Source: an uncultured Actinomycetes bacterium
GTDB taxonomy: Bacteria > Actinomycetota > UBA4738 > JACQTL01
Length of the DNA stretch: 64,000 nt
Assembly (NCBI GenBank): GCA_963772375.1
Contig: CAVYXG010000009.1
Coordinates: 31,312 to 95,311 of the forward strand
Direction of reading: 5' to 3'
The notes beneath the pieces are model-generated. The model was not told where the DNA came from and made no database searches. It was given only the letters and a program-made list of their open reading frames with translations. This document shows, one piece after another, positions 12,634 to 21,548 of the stretch (position 1 is its first letter; every line of letters starts with the position of its first letter). The translations under genes and the position numbers were made by a program.

Positions 12634-14087
12634 ACATCGACTACCACGCCATCGCCCCCGAACTGATCATGACCGGGACCATCCTCGTGGTCCTGCTGTT
12701 CGACGCCTTCCTGTCGGAGCGGCGCAAGCAGGTGACGATGGTCGTCGGGCTGCTCGGGTCCGTGGCGGCCCTGATCGCGACGCTCACCCTGATCGGAGAG
12801 CACCGCGTGACGTTCGGCGGGATGTTCGTCGTCGACCCGTTCTCGGTGCTGTTCGACGTGTTCTTCCTGGTCTCGGCCATCGTGGTGCTGGGGCTCTCGC
12901 TGCGCTACATGCAGGACGGGCGGTACTACCAGGGCGAGTACTACGTGCTGCTGCTGTCGGCGTTCCTGGGCTGCCTGACCATGCCCTCGTCGCGCGACCT
13001 GATCATGCTGTTCATCTCGCTGGAGCTGGTCTCGGCCCCGGGGTTCCTGATCGCGGCCTTCCGCAAGACCGACCCCAAGTCGAACGAAGCCGGCCTCAAG
13101 TACTTCCTGTTCGGCGTGCTGTCATCGGCCCTGATGCTGTACGGGATGAGCCTGATCTTTGGGGTGACCGGTACCACCCGGCTCGACGGGATCGCCACCG
13201 CGCTGGCCGGGAAGGCCGGCGACCTGAACGTCACGCTCGCGGCAATCGTGCTGGTGGTGGCGGGGTTCGCGTTCAAGGTGTCGAGCGTGCCGTTCCACTT
13301 CTGGGCGCCGGACACGTACGAGGGCGCGCCGATGCCGGTGGCGGCGTTCCTGTCGGTGCCGTCGAAGGCGGCCGGGTTCGCCGGCCTGCTCCAGCTGATG
13401 TTCATCGCGTTCCTGCCGAAGGCCGACTTCTGGGCTCCGCTGTTCGCGGTGCTGTCGATCCTCACGATGACGCTGGGGAACCTCGTCGCCCTCCGCCAGC
13501 GGCAGATGGTCCGGCTGCTCGCGTACTCGAGCATCGCCCAGGCCGGGTACATGCTGCTGCCGTTCGCGCTGGCCACGGTGGGCAACGCCCAGGTCAACCA
13601 CGCGGCGTTCTCGTCCGCCGTGCTGTACATCCTCGTGTACGGCGTGATGTCGCTGGGGGCGTTCGCGGTCGTGATCGGCCTGGCCCGCGAGGCGCCGGGG
13701 GCCCTGATCGAGGACTACTCGGGGATGATCCACCGCGCACCGGTGCTGGCGGTCGCCATGACCGCGTTCCTCGTGTCGCTGGGCGGCGTCCCGCCGACGG
13801 CGGGCTTCTGGGCGAAGTTCTCGATCTTCTCGGCGGCGATCTCCCGGGGCGGGCTGGGGCCGTGGCTCGCCGCCATCATGGTGATCAACTCGGTGATCTC
13901 GCTGGGGTACTACCTGATGGTGGCCCGCACCATGGTCCTCGCGCCGGCCGTCGACGAACGCCGGGCCCGCGTGCCCGGCCTGGTCGGCGCGCTCGCGCTC
14001 CTCGGGGTGATCGTGGTCATCGCGGTCGGCATCTACCCCGACCTGTTCGCCCGGTTCCCCCAGGGCGCCACGCTGTTCGGCCCGTAG
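12630..14087 (+). CDS. nuoN: NADH-quinone oxidoreductase subunit N (second copy)
   Basis: SNEAGLKYF, FKVSSVPFHFWAPDTYEGAP, RLLAYSSIAQAGY; GTGA overlap. Confidence 0.95.
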   Translation: MNIDYHAIAPELIMTGTILVVLLFDAFLSERRKQVTMVVGLLGSVAALIATLTLIGEHRVTFGGMFVVDPFSVLFDVFFLVSAIVVLGLSLRYMQDGRYYQGEYYVLLLSAFLGCLTMPSSRDLIMLFISLELVSAPGFLIAAFRKTDPKSNEAGLKYFLFGVLSSALMLYGMSLIFGVTGTTRLDGIATALAGKAGDLNVTLAAIVLVVAGFAFKVSSVPFHFWAPDTYEGAPMPVAAFLSVPSKAAGFAGLLQLMFIAFLPKADFWAPLFAVLSILTMTLGNLVALRQRQMVRLLAYSSIAQAGYMLLPFALATVGNAQVNHAAFSSAVLYILVYGVMSLGAFAVVIGLAREAPGALIEDYSGMIHRAPVLAVAMTAFLVSLGGVPPTAGFWAKFSIFSAAISRGGLGPWLAAIMVINSVISLGYYLMVARTMVLAPAVDERRARVPGLVGALALLGVIVVIAVGIYPDLFARFPQGATLFGP

Positions 14088-14169
14088 GTCCGATCTCTCA
14101 GGAGATTCTTCGGCGCCGTCTGCGCATCCCCCGGACCGGGAACGATCTCCGGATGGGATACTGGGCGGA

Positions 14170-14268
14170 GCGAAGGGGAGTAGCCCAGGCCGGTCGGCCG
14201 TCAACACGGAGTCTCGCGGAACGAGGCCCCCGGCCCCGGCGGGAGAACACCCCCGGCAAGACCTTCGC
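14170..14268 (+). ncRNA. yybP-ykoY (Mn2+-sensing) riboswitch aptamer
   Basis: Hallmark segments AAGGGGAGTAGC...CGTCAACAC...GGCAAGACCTT; closing helix GCGAAGG (14170-76) / CCTTCGC (14262-68); lies in the 5' leader of htpX. Confidence 0.85.
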
Positions 14269-14291
14269 CGGTACTTGACGGCGGAGGTCTT
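14258..14291 (+). terminator. Riboswitch expression-platform hairpin (terminator-like)
   Basis: 13-bp stem AAGACCTTCGCCG / CGGCGGAGGTCTT with an 8-nt loop; competes with the aptamer 3' strand; weak U-tract; just upstream of the AAGGAGG RBS. Confidence 0.6.
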
Positions 14292-14312
14292 CTTCGCAAG
14301 GAGGACGGAACG

Positions 14313-15185
14313 ATGACGGGGATCAACCGGTTCAAGACCTGGATCCTCATCGCTACCCTGGGTGGCCTGTTCGTGGGGATCGGGGCCCTGCTCGGCGGGC
14401 GGCAGCTCGCGACGATCATGCTGGGGGTCGCGATCCTGTTCAACTTCGCCATGTACTGGTTCTCCGACCGCATCGCCATCGCGGCCAGCCGGTCGAAGCC
14501 CGTCACCGAGCGCGAGATGCCCGAGCTGTACTCGATCGTCCGCGAGCTGACCCAGGCCCGGAACATGCCGATGCCGGCGATCTACGTGAGCGAGATGCCC
14601 CAGCCCAACGCGTTCGCCACCGGCCGCAACCCGTCGCACGCCGCGGTGTCGGTCACGCGGGGCCTGCTGCAGATCGTCGACCACCGCGAGCTCCGCGCCG
14701 TGCTGGCGCACGAGATCTCCCACGTGGCCAACCGCGACATCGCGATCTCCTCGATCGCGGCGGCGATCGCCACCTCGATCACCTACCTGGCGCAGATGGC
14801 GTTCTGGTTCGGGGCGTTCGGGGGCGACGACCGCGAGGGCGGCGGCAGCCCGATCGTCCTGCTGCTCACGGTGCTGCTCGCGCCGATCGCCGCGATGATC
14901 ATCCAGCTCGCGGTGTCCCGGTCCCGCGAGTTCCAGGCCGACGAGTCGGGCGCCGAGCTGATCCACGATCCCGAAGCCCTGGCCAGCGCGCTGCTGAAGA
15001 TCGACGCGTCCGCCAAGCAGACGCCGCCGGCGACGCTCAGCCCGTCGCAGGCGCACCTGTTCATTATGAACCCATTCAGCGGGCGCAACCGCGGCTCGAT
15101 GATGGCCGGGCTGTTCTCGACCCATCCGCCGACGGAGGACCGGGTCGCCCGGCTCCGGGCGATGGCTCAGGGCCAGCCCCACTAG
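14313..15185 (+). CDS. htpX: Zinc metalloprotease HtpX (M48)
   Basis: PNAFATGRNP, HEISH, SRSREFQAD, FSTHPP. Confidence 0.95.
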   Translation: MTGINRFKTWILIATLGGLFVGIGALLGGRQLATIMLGVAILFNFAMYWFSDRIAIAASRSKPVTEREMPELYSIVRELTQARNMPMPAIYVSEMPQPNAFATGRNPSHAAVSVTRGLLQIVDHRELRAVLAHEISHVANRDIAISSIAAAIATSITYLAQMAFWFGAFGGDDREGGGSPIVLLLTVLLAPIAAMIIQLAVSRSREFQADESGAELIHDPEALASALLKIDASAKQTPPATLSPSQAHLFIMNPFSGRNRGSMMAGLFSTHPPTEDRVARLRAMAQGQPH

Positions 15186-15198
15186 CGCCGGCTCACCA

Positions 15199-16041
15199 GT
15201 GGAACACCCGCCTCCCCTCGACCTCGGGTCAGGGGAGGCGGTCGTCTCCGCCATCGTGGAGCACGACGCGTTCCTGGTGACGACGCTCGTCCGGCTGGCG
15301 GGCGTCACGCTGTACGAGGACGCGTTCGCCACGTGGTACCTGTCCGGTGTTCCGGAGGCGATGTTCAACGGGGTGATCGCCACCCGGATGACCGAAGCCG
15401 ACGCCGACCGCCGGATCGACGAGCTGGTGGGCCGGTTCAAGGAGGAGGACGTGCCGGCCATGTGGTGGGCGAGCCCGCTGTCCACGCCCGCCGACCTCGC
15501 ATCGCGGCTGGCGGTGCGCGGCCTGCACCGGACCACCATGCCGGGCATGTCGCTCGACCTCGACGCGTTCACGCCTGTGGCCGTGCCGGGCGGGCTTCGC
15601 ATCGAGGTCGTGCGGGACGAGGGCGGCATCGACGCCTGGATGGAGGCGAGCAGCGAGGCGTTCGGAATCGAGCCCGAGCAGCTTCCGCGGTACCGCCAGA
15701 CGCCGGAGGCGGTCCTCGCCGGGGACGTGCCGGGGTGGTGCCTCACCGGGTGGTGGGAGGAACGGCCGGTCGCCACCGCGATGGTGTGCGTCGGCACCGG
15801 CGTGGCCGGCCTGTCGAACATCGCGACGATCCCGTCGCATCGCCGTCGCGGCCTGGGGGCGGCGGTCACGTCGCGCGGGCTGGAGCTGGCCCGTGACGCC
15901 GGCTACCGGACGTCGGTGCTCACGTCGACCGACTCGGGCCGCCCGCTGTACGAGGCGCTCGGGTTCGAGACGCGCTGCACGGTGGACGTGTTCGAGCTCG
16001 CGCCGGCCGGACCGCCCGGCGCTACGGCCGGAAGTTCGTGA
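15199..16041 (+). CDS. GNAT N-acetyltransferase
   Basis: IATIPSHRRRGLGAAV acetyl-CoA motif; LYEALGF. Confidence 0.85.
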   Translation: MEHPPPLDLGSGEAVVSAIVEHDAFLVTTLVRLAGVTLYEDAFATWYLSGVPEAMFNGVIATRMTEADADRRIDELVGRFKEEDVPAMWWASPLSTPADLASRLAVRGLHRTTMPGMSLDLDAFTPVAVPGGLRIEVVRDEGGIDAWMEASSEAFGIEPEQLPRYRQTPEAVLAGDVPGWCLTGWWEERPVATAMVCVGTGVAGLSNIATIPSHRRRGLGAAVTSRGLELARDAGYRTSVLTSTDSGRPLYEALGFETRCTVDVFELAPAGPPGATAGSS

Positions 16042-16516
16042 ACTGCAGGGCCACGCCGAAGTCGTGCTCCTTGACCGCCTTGATCACGAACTGGAGGTCG
16101 TCCTTCTTCTTCGACGTCACGCGGATCTGCTCGCCCTGGATCTGGGTCTGGACCTTGGGCGGGAGGCCGCGGACGAACTTCGAGATCTCCCTGCCCTTGT
16201 CCTCGTTGATGCCCTTGTTCACGTAGACGTGCTGGCGGGAGTGGCCCTTGGCGGCCGGAAGCACCGGGCCCTCGGTGAGCGCCTTCAGCGAGATCCCGCG
16301 CTTCACCATCTTGTCCTTGAGCACCTCTCGGGCGGCGTCCAGGCGGTTCTCGGTGGAGGAACGGATCTCGAGCGCGGCCTCGTCGCGCTCGATGAGGGTG
16401 TCGGTCCCCTTGAAGTCGAACCGGGTCCCGATCTCCCGCCGGGCCTGGTCGAGGGCGTTGGTGACCTCGGCCATGTCGACCTCGGACACGATGTCGAATG
16501 AGAAGGAGCTCGCCAT
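16022..16516 (-). CDS. yajQ: YajQ family nucleotide/c-di-GMP-binding protein
   Basis: SFDIVSEVD, RFDFKG, KVQTQIQGEQIRVTSKKKDDLQ, LQFTNFR. Confidence 0.95.
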   Translation of the reverse strand: MASSFSFDIVSEVDMAEVTNALDQARREIGTRFDFKGTDTLIERDEAALEIRSSTENRLDAAREVLKDKMVKRGISLKALTEGPVLPAAKGHSRQHVYVNKGINEDKGREISKFVRGLPPKVQTQIQGEQIRVTSKKKDDLQFVIKAVKEHDFGVALQFTNFRP

Positions 16517-16584
16517 GACGGCACATGGTAGCGGTCCGCGGCTCGAGCCGACGTGCAGCGGTGCTATCCTGCCGCGCGTTCCCC

Positions 16585-16669
16585 GGGAGGGTGCCCGAGC
16601 GGCCAAAGGGAGCGGTCTGTAAAATCGCCGGCGATGCCTACGGAGGTTCGAATCCTCCCCCTCCCACCA
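16585..16669 (+). tRNA. tRNA-Tyr (GTA)
   Basis: Acceptor stem GGGAGGG/CCCTCCC, anticodon arm GCGGT-CTGTAAA-ATCGC, long variable arm, T arm GGAGG-TTCGAAT-CCTCC, encoded CCA. Confidence 0.97.
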
Positions 16670-16740
16670 GCCAGCCAACCAACCAACGGTGGTTCCCCAA
16701 CGTGAGCCACCTGGGACCCCGGAACTCCTGAGCGCGGAGT

Positions 16741-16772
16741 CGGCTGCCCGGCTGTCCGGCTGTCCGGCTGCT
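16741..16772. repeat. Short tandem repeat, 4 x 8 bp (CGGCTGYY)
   Basis: cggctgcc-cggctgtc-cggctgtc-cggctgct. Confidence 0.6.
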
Positions 16773-16787
16773 CGCTGATCGGGAGCC

Positions 16788-17054
16788 TCAGCGCCTCTTT
16801 CGCCACTGACGGAGGGCCACGAGCGCGACGATCGCGCCGACCGCGATCGCGATGATGCGAGGGGAGACCAGCCGGGCCTTCGTTGCGCGCGCCTGGGCCT
16901 TCAGCTGATCGACGGCCTCGACCAGGCCGAGACGTTCCCGTTCGAGGTCGGTGAGGACCTCGTCGACGGGGCGTGCCGGGGTCCTGGCCTGGCGACCGTT
17001 CGAGGCGGCCTTCGAGCCGCGTGCGCCCTCGGCCTCAGCCGGCATTGAACCCAC
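16788..17054 (-). CDS. Small coiled-coil protein with C-terminal TM anchor (DUF3618-like)
   Basis: DLERERLGLVEAVDQL helix, then TM and basic tail; follows a holin-X-like gene. Confidence 0.6.
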   Translation of the reverse strand: MGSMPAEAEGARGSKAASNGRQARTPARPVDEVLTDLERERLGLVEAVDQLKAQARATKARLVSPRIIAIAVGAIVALVALRQWRKRR

Positions 17055-17523
17055 TGGATTGGTCGGCCGGGGACGCGTTCGCCGTGACGCCCGCGGACAC
17101 GTCGATCGGAGGAGCAGGGCCGGGCGTCGGCGACGGGGTGGATCCGTCCTTGGGGCGGATCCCGAGAGCAGCGGCGGTGAGTCGGGCCTGCTCCTTGGAC
17201 AGCCGGGGGCCCTTGGTCTTGTTGAAGCGATCCCGCGCGAGCGCCCCGAGTGCGGCCATCACGATCAGGTACAGGACCAGGACGATCAGGATCGACAGCC
17301 ACAACGGCAGCGGGATCGCAAGGACGACCACGAGCAGGGCCGTGACGAGCCCGAACACGAACACGCCGATGAACGCCGCCGCGAAGGCGAGGGCGGCTCC
17401 GATCCCGGCGTTCTTGCCCGTGCTCGCGAGCTCCGCCTTGACGAGCTCGGCCTGGAGGCGCGAGACGGCCGTCGCCCGCTGCGCTACCTCTTTGACGGCT
17501 GCCCGAAGCCCTCGCTCCTTCAT
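17035..17523 (-). CDS. Actinobacterial holin-X / phage holin family membrane protein
   Basis: RLQAELVKAEL followed by two TM helices and LPLWLSILIV. Confidence 0.75.
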   Translation of the reverse strand: MKERGLRAAVKEVAQRATAVSRLQAELVKAELASTGKNAGIGAALAFAAAFIGVFVFGLVTALLVVVLAIPLPLWLSILIVLVLYLIVMAALGALARDRFNKTKGPRLSKEQARLTAAALGIRPKDGSTPSPTPGPAPPIDVSAGVTANASPADQSSGFNAG

Positions 17524-17610
17524 CCGAGGAACCGTAGCACGCAGCATCCTTCGGCCCGCACGGCGACGCGCCTCCCCGGCAGGACCGGGTCGCCCCGCGT
17601 CTGCCCACCG

Positions 17611-17997
17611 TCACGTCGTGACGTGCTCCAGCTCCTCGGCCGCAAGCGCCTCCGCCCTGGTCCGATGGACCGTCCCGGGTGCGTGCTGGGGCGGGGCGTA
17701 CAGGGTCAGCAGCTTCATCGAGGCCTCGCCCGTGTTCCGGATGTCGTGCCTCGTCCCGGCCGGAACGTACAGGAGCTCACCGGGCTCGAGCGACCGTGCC
17801 GCCCCGTTCAGCACCGCCTCGCCGTGGCTGTCGACCATCACGAACAGCTGGTCGACGTCGTGCACCTCCTCGCCGATCGCCTCATGCGGTTCCAGGGCCA
17901 TGACGACCACCTGCGCGTGCTCGCCCGTGAACAGCACCGACCGGAACCACTCGTTCGTGCGGGCCGCGGCGGCCAGGTCGACCTCGAACGGTTCCAT
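17611..17997 (-). CDS. Cupin domain protein
   Basis: QVVVMAL, IGEEVH, VPAGTRHDIRNTG, LYAPPQH. Confidence 0.88.
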   Translation of the reverse strand: MEPFEVDLAAAARTNEWFRSVLFTGEHAQVVVMALEPHEAIGEEVHDVDQLFVMVDSHGEAVLNGAARSLEPGELLYVPAGTRHDIRNTGEASMKLLTLYAPPQHAPGTVHRTRAEALAAEELEHVTT

Positions 17998-18229
17998 CCC
18001 GCCTCCTCTCCATCGGGCGACGCGCGCCCGAACGCTCGCCGGCAGTCTGGACGTGCGCGCGATGCGGCGGAGAGGTCGACCGGCCCCTCCTGGATGGGGA
18101 GCTCGCCGGATCGTTGCCACCTCGGGAGGAGGATGAAGGCCCGGATGCCCGCCATCTCCGCGAGCCCGCGGGCCCGACGCGACGGCCCATGTCATGATCG
18201 GTGGAGCGGTTCGAGACGGAGGTGACGGG

Positions 18230-18619
18230 ATGGACGAGACGAAGCGGGCCTGGGACGAGGTGGGGGAGGCGTTCACGACGCTGGGCCGGGTCGTGTCGGA
18301 GCGGTACCGGCGTCTGGGCGGGGAGCGTGCCGCTCAGCCGAGCGCCGGGAAGGAGGGCGGGGTGGCGGACGCCGTTCGCCGGGCGATCGACGAGCTTGAT
18401 CTCGCGTTCACCTCCCTCGGCGACACCATGAGGGACGACGAGACCCGGCAGCACGTGCGGGACAGCGGCCGCAAGCTGAGCGACGCGCTGAAGGTGACGT
18501 TCTCGGAGATCGGCGACGAGGTTCGCCGGGCGATGGGCGGCGCTCCGCCGCCCGGACCGGGCGCGCCTCCGCCTCCGGCGCCGCCATCCGAGCCTCGGCC
18601 CGACTCCGACGCGTCGTGA
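18230..18619 (+). CDS. Hypothetical helical protein
   Basis: GGAGG RBS; amphipathic helices with a Pro-rich tail. Confidence 0.65.
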   Translation: MDETKRAWDEVGEAFTTLGRVVSERYRRLGGERAAQPSAGKEGGVADAVRRAIDELDLAFTSLGDTMRDDETRQHVRDSGRKLSDALKVTFSEIGDEVRRAMGGAPPPGPGAPPPPAPPSEPRPDSDAS

Positions 18620-18650
18620 GCGAGCGCGGTCGCAACGGACCGCACCGGAG

Positions 18651-19532
18651 TCACGTCCCGGGCGCGAGGAGACGGGCGACCTCGGCGAGGCCCGGCCAGT
18701 CGATCGATTCCTGAACGCACCGGGCGAACAGCCACAGCAGGAGGCGCTCGCGGTCGAGATCCAGCAGGTCGGCCATCCGCGCGGCGAGTCCGGCCGGATC
18801 CGCCCGGAGCCGCTCCCCGCAGTTGAGCATGTGCTGGAGCGCGTCGTAGGCCGGGTCGCCCACGTGTGGCTTCGGGTCGATCGCCAGCCACGGCTCTCGT
18901 GCCGCCGACAGCACGTTGCCCGCGTGGAGGTCGGTGGCCAGGAGCGTGCGCCGTGAGGCGCTTCCCGGCAGCTCGCGGAACAGCGCGAGCCCCTCGCGCA
19001 CCAGGCCGGAGTCGAGTGGAAGCTCGCTCTCGGACCGCTTCCGCTCGACCTCGACGGCCCACTGATCGCACGTGGCCCCCAGCGAGGGGAACGGATGCCC
19101 CGGCGGGGGCTCGCGCCACAGCCGGCGGAGCAGGCCGGCCACGACGACGTCCTGTTCCGGTTCGGGGAGCAGCTCCATCGTCGTGCCGGGGCGGCACCGC
19201 TCGAGGAGCAGGGCGGTGGTGTGCGGGTCGACGTCGACGCTCTCGTGGAGCAGCACCGCGCCGTCGCCCGCCCAGAATCGGAGGCCGTCGGCTTCGTGCT
19301 CGGCTTCGGGATGCCGCCACAGCACCTTCACGACCAGATCGTCGCGGCCGTTCCTGGACGCGGGGGCGACCCACGCCGTCTGGCCTCCGGGGCGGAACGG
19401 CGCGCCCACCTCGACCGCCCACCGCCGTTCGAGTCCGCCGACGGTGAGGGGGAGGGTCGCCAGCCAGTCCTCGCGGCCCTCCGCCCGCGCGGCGGCGGCC
19501 AGGTTCCCGGGGATCTCGACACGTCCGCTCAC
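18651..19532 (-). CDS. Aminoglycoside/hydroxyurea resistance kinase family (APH(6)-like)
   Basis: LVVKV, EADGL, LLLERC, DLHAGNVL, WLAIDPKPHVGDPAYD. Confidence 0.85.
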   Translation of the reverse strand: MSGRVEIPGNLAAAARAEGREDWLATLPLTVGGLERRWAVEVGAPFRPGGQTAWVAPASRNGRDDLVVKVLWRHPEAEHEADGLRFWAGDGAVLLHESVDVDPHTTALLLERCRPGTTMELLPEPEQDVVVAGLLRRLWREPPPGHPFPSLGATCDQWAVEVERKRSESELPLDSGLVREGLALFRELPGSASRRTLLATDLHAGNVLSAAREPWLAIDPKPHVGDPAYDALQHMLNCGERLRADPAGLAARMADLLDLDRERLLLWLFARCVQESIDWPGLAEVARLLAPGT

Positions 19533-19688
19533 GTCGGGGCGAGCTTCCCACGACCCGTCCCGGACCCGGGACGTTCGTGCGGGGGAGGGGCCGAGGTGCC
19601 GACGGCGTTTCGGAGGACCGGCGGGTAGAGTCGGGCGCCGTCTCGACGGGTCCGGTGTCGGGGCGACGGAACGATCCACGGAGGGCGG

Positions 19689-20468
19689 ATGGATCTCGGT
19701 CTGGGCGGCAAGGTCGCCCTGGTGGCCGCGTCGAGCAGGGGGCTGGGCAGGGCCTCGGCGGTCGCGCTCGCCCGCGAGGGCGCGCGGGTCACGCTCTGCG
19801 CGCGGACCGAGGCCGACCTCGAGGCGGCCGCGGACGAGATCCGGGGCGAGACCGGCGCGGCGGTGCTCGCCGTGGCGGCGGACCTGTCGACCGCCGACGG
19901 CGTCGCGACGGTGGTGGCCGCCACGGTTGAGCGGTTCGGCGGCATCGACGTCCTGGTGAACAACAACGGCGGCCCGCCGCCGGGGCGGTTCTTCGATCTC
20001 ACCGACGACGACTGGCGGCGGGCGTTCGAGACGGTGACCCTGAACTTCGTCCGGTTCGTCCGGGCGGTCGTGCCGCACATGCGGGAACGGCGGTGGGGCC
20101 GGATCGTCGGCATCCAGTCGAGCTCGGTGAAGCAGCCAGTCGAGGGCATCGACCTCTCGAACGGCATCCGGCCGGGGGTCGCGGGTCTGGTGAAGGCGAT
20201 CGCACCCGACCTCGCCCGGGACGGCATCACGATCAACCTCGTGCTGCCGGGGACGTTCCTGACCGACCGCCTCCGCCAGGGGTTCGGGCCGACGGCGCCG
20301 GACGATGCCGTGATCGAGTCCGCCGTGGGGCCGACGATCCCGATGGGCCGTCTCGGGCGGCCGATGGAGCTCGGCGCGCTGGTGGCGTTCCTGGCATCCG
20401 AACCGGCGGCCTACATCACCGGGGCCGTGTACCAGGTCGACGGGGGCGGCATCCGCTCGAACGTGTAG
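19689..20468 (+). CDS. SDR family oxidoreductase
   Basis: ASSRGLG, VNNNGGPPPG, YITG; no canonical YxxxK (LSNGIR). Confidence 0.9.
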   Translation: MDLGLGGKVALVAASSRGLGRASAVALAREGARVTLCARTEADLEAAADEIRGETGAAVLAVAADLSTADGVATVVAATVERFGGIDVLVNNNGGPPPGRFFDLTDDDWRRAFETVTLNFVRFVRAVVPHMRERRWGRIVGIQSSSVKQPVEGIDLSNGIRPGVAGLVKAIAPDLARDGITINLVLPGTFLTDRLRQGFGPTAPDDAVIESAVGPTIPMGRLGRPMELGALVAFLASEPAAYITGAVYQVDGGGIRSNV

Positions 20469-20521
20469 CCGGCGATCCGTGGGTCACGGCACGACGGCGT
20501 GACCGTGCGCAGAATGGGCCG

Positions 20522-21523
20522 GTGCGAGTGGGTCGAATCCTGGCCGGGCTGACGGCCGCGCTGGCCCTGGCGGCCTCGTGCGTCGTCGGGCACGACGACC
20601 ATGGCGCCCGGCCGGCGACCGGACCATCCCGCGAGCCGTCGCCGACGCCCCCCGTTCGCTCGCCCCGGCCGCTGCGCGCCGGAACGTCCATTCCCTCGAG
20701 TCCTCCGGCCGGCTCTTCCTCGGCGGGCCCCGGTGCGCCGTTCGTCCCCGCCGCGAACGCGCCGATCCCCGCGACGGCCGCGCCCCTCGCGACGGCCCTG
20801 GCCAGGACGACCCACGCCCTCCGCGTCTCGACCGCCCGGTGGGTCGCCACCGGCGATCCGGTCACGGACCGGCCGCCGCCCGGCCTCGTGCTCCAGGCGC
20901 TCTACGAACAGCGGATCTACCGGGACCTCATGCGGAAACCGGCGCTCACCGGCGCCGTCCTGGCACGGCTCCCCGCGGATGTCCGGACGCGGGCCAGGCT
21001 GACGACCCGGGCCATGGCAACGCTCATCGCCGGCATCCGGCCGCTGCCGTCCGCGGCAGGGTTCCGCACCGGTCCGCCCAAGCCGCCCGGCGCGCTGCTC
21101 GCGGACTTCGACGAGGCCGAGCAGCGGTTCGGCGTTCCGTGGGAGGCGCTCGCCGCGGTGATGTACGTGGAGTCGAAGTTCGGCCGGGCGCGGTCGGACA
21201 GCACGGCCGGCGCGCAGGGCCCGATGCAGTTCCTGCCCTCGACGTGGGCGGCGTACGGGCTGGGCGGCGACGTCGACGACCCCCGCGACGCGATCCTCGG
21301 CGCGGCCAACTTCCTCCGGGCCAACGGGGCGCCCGGCGACCTGCGGCGGGCGCTGTTCGCCTACAACCACTCCGACCGCTACGTCGGCGCGGTCCTGCTG
21401 CTGGCCGACCGGCTGCGACGGGAGCCCGCGAGCCTCGTCGCCCTGTACGCCTGGCAGGTGTTCGTCGTCACCGTCCACGGCGACGTGCGCATCACCGGGC
21501 CCGGTCTGCCGGCCGGCACATAG
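20522..21523 (+). CDS. Lytic transglycosylase (SLT-like), probable lipoprotein
   Basis: LAASC lipobox; VESKFG, GAQGPMQFLPSTW, AYNHS. Confidence 0.85.
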   Translation: MRVGRILAGLTAALALAASCVVGHDDHGARPATGPSREPSPTPPVRSPRPLRAGTSIPSSPPAGSSSAGPGAPFVPAANAPIPATAAPLATALARTTHALRVSTARWVATGDPVTDRPPPGLVLQALYEQRIYRDLMRKPALTGAVLARLPADVRTRARLTTRAMATLIAGIRPLPSAAGFRTGPPKPPGALLADFDEAEQRFGVPWEALAAVMYVESKFGRARSDSTAGAQGPMQFLPSTWAAYGLGGDVDDPRDAILGAANFLRANGAPGDLRRALFAYNHSDRYVGAVLLLADRLRREPASLVALYAWQVFVVTVHGDVRITGPGLPAGT

Positions 21524-21548
21524 ACTCGCGTCCTCACCGACGACGGAG

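Noticed and set aside
16585-17523. Prophage or integrative element at tRNA-Tyr (holin-like gene nearby)
   Set aside because: No integrase, phage structural genes or att duplication seen; holin-X/DUF3618-like pairs are ordinary chromosomal genes in Actinomycetota
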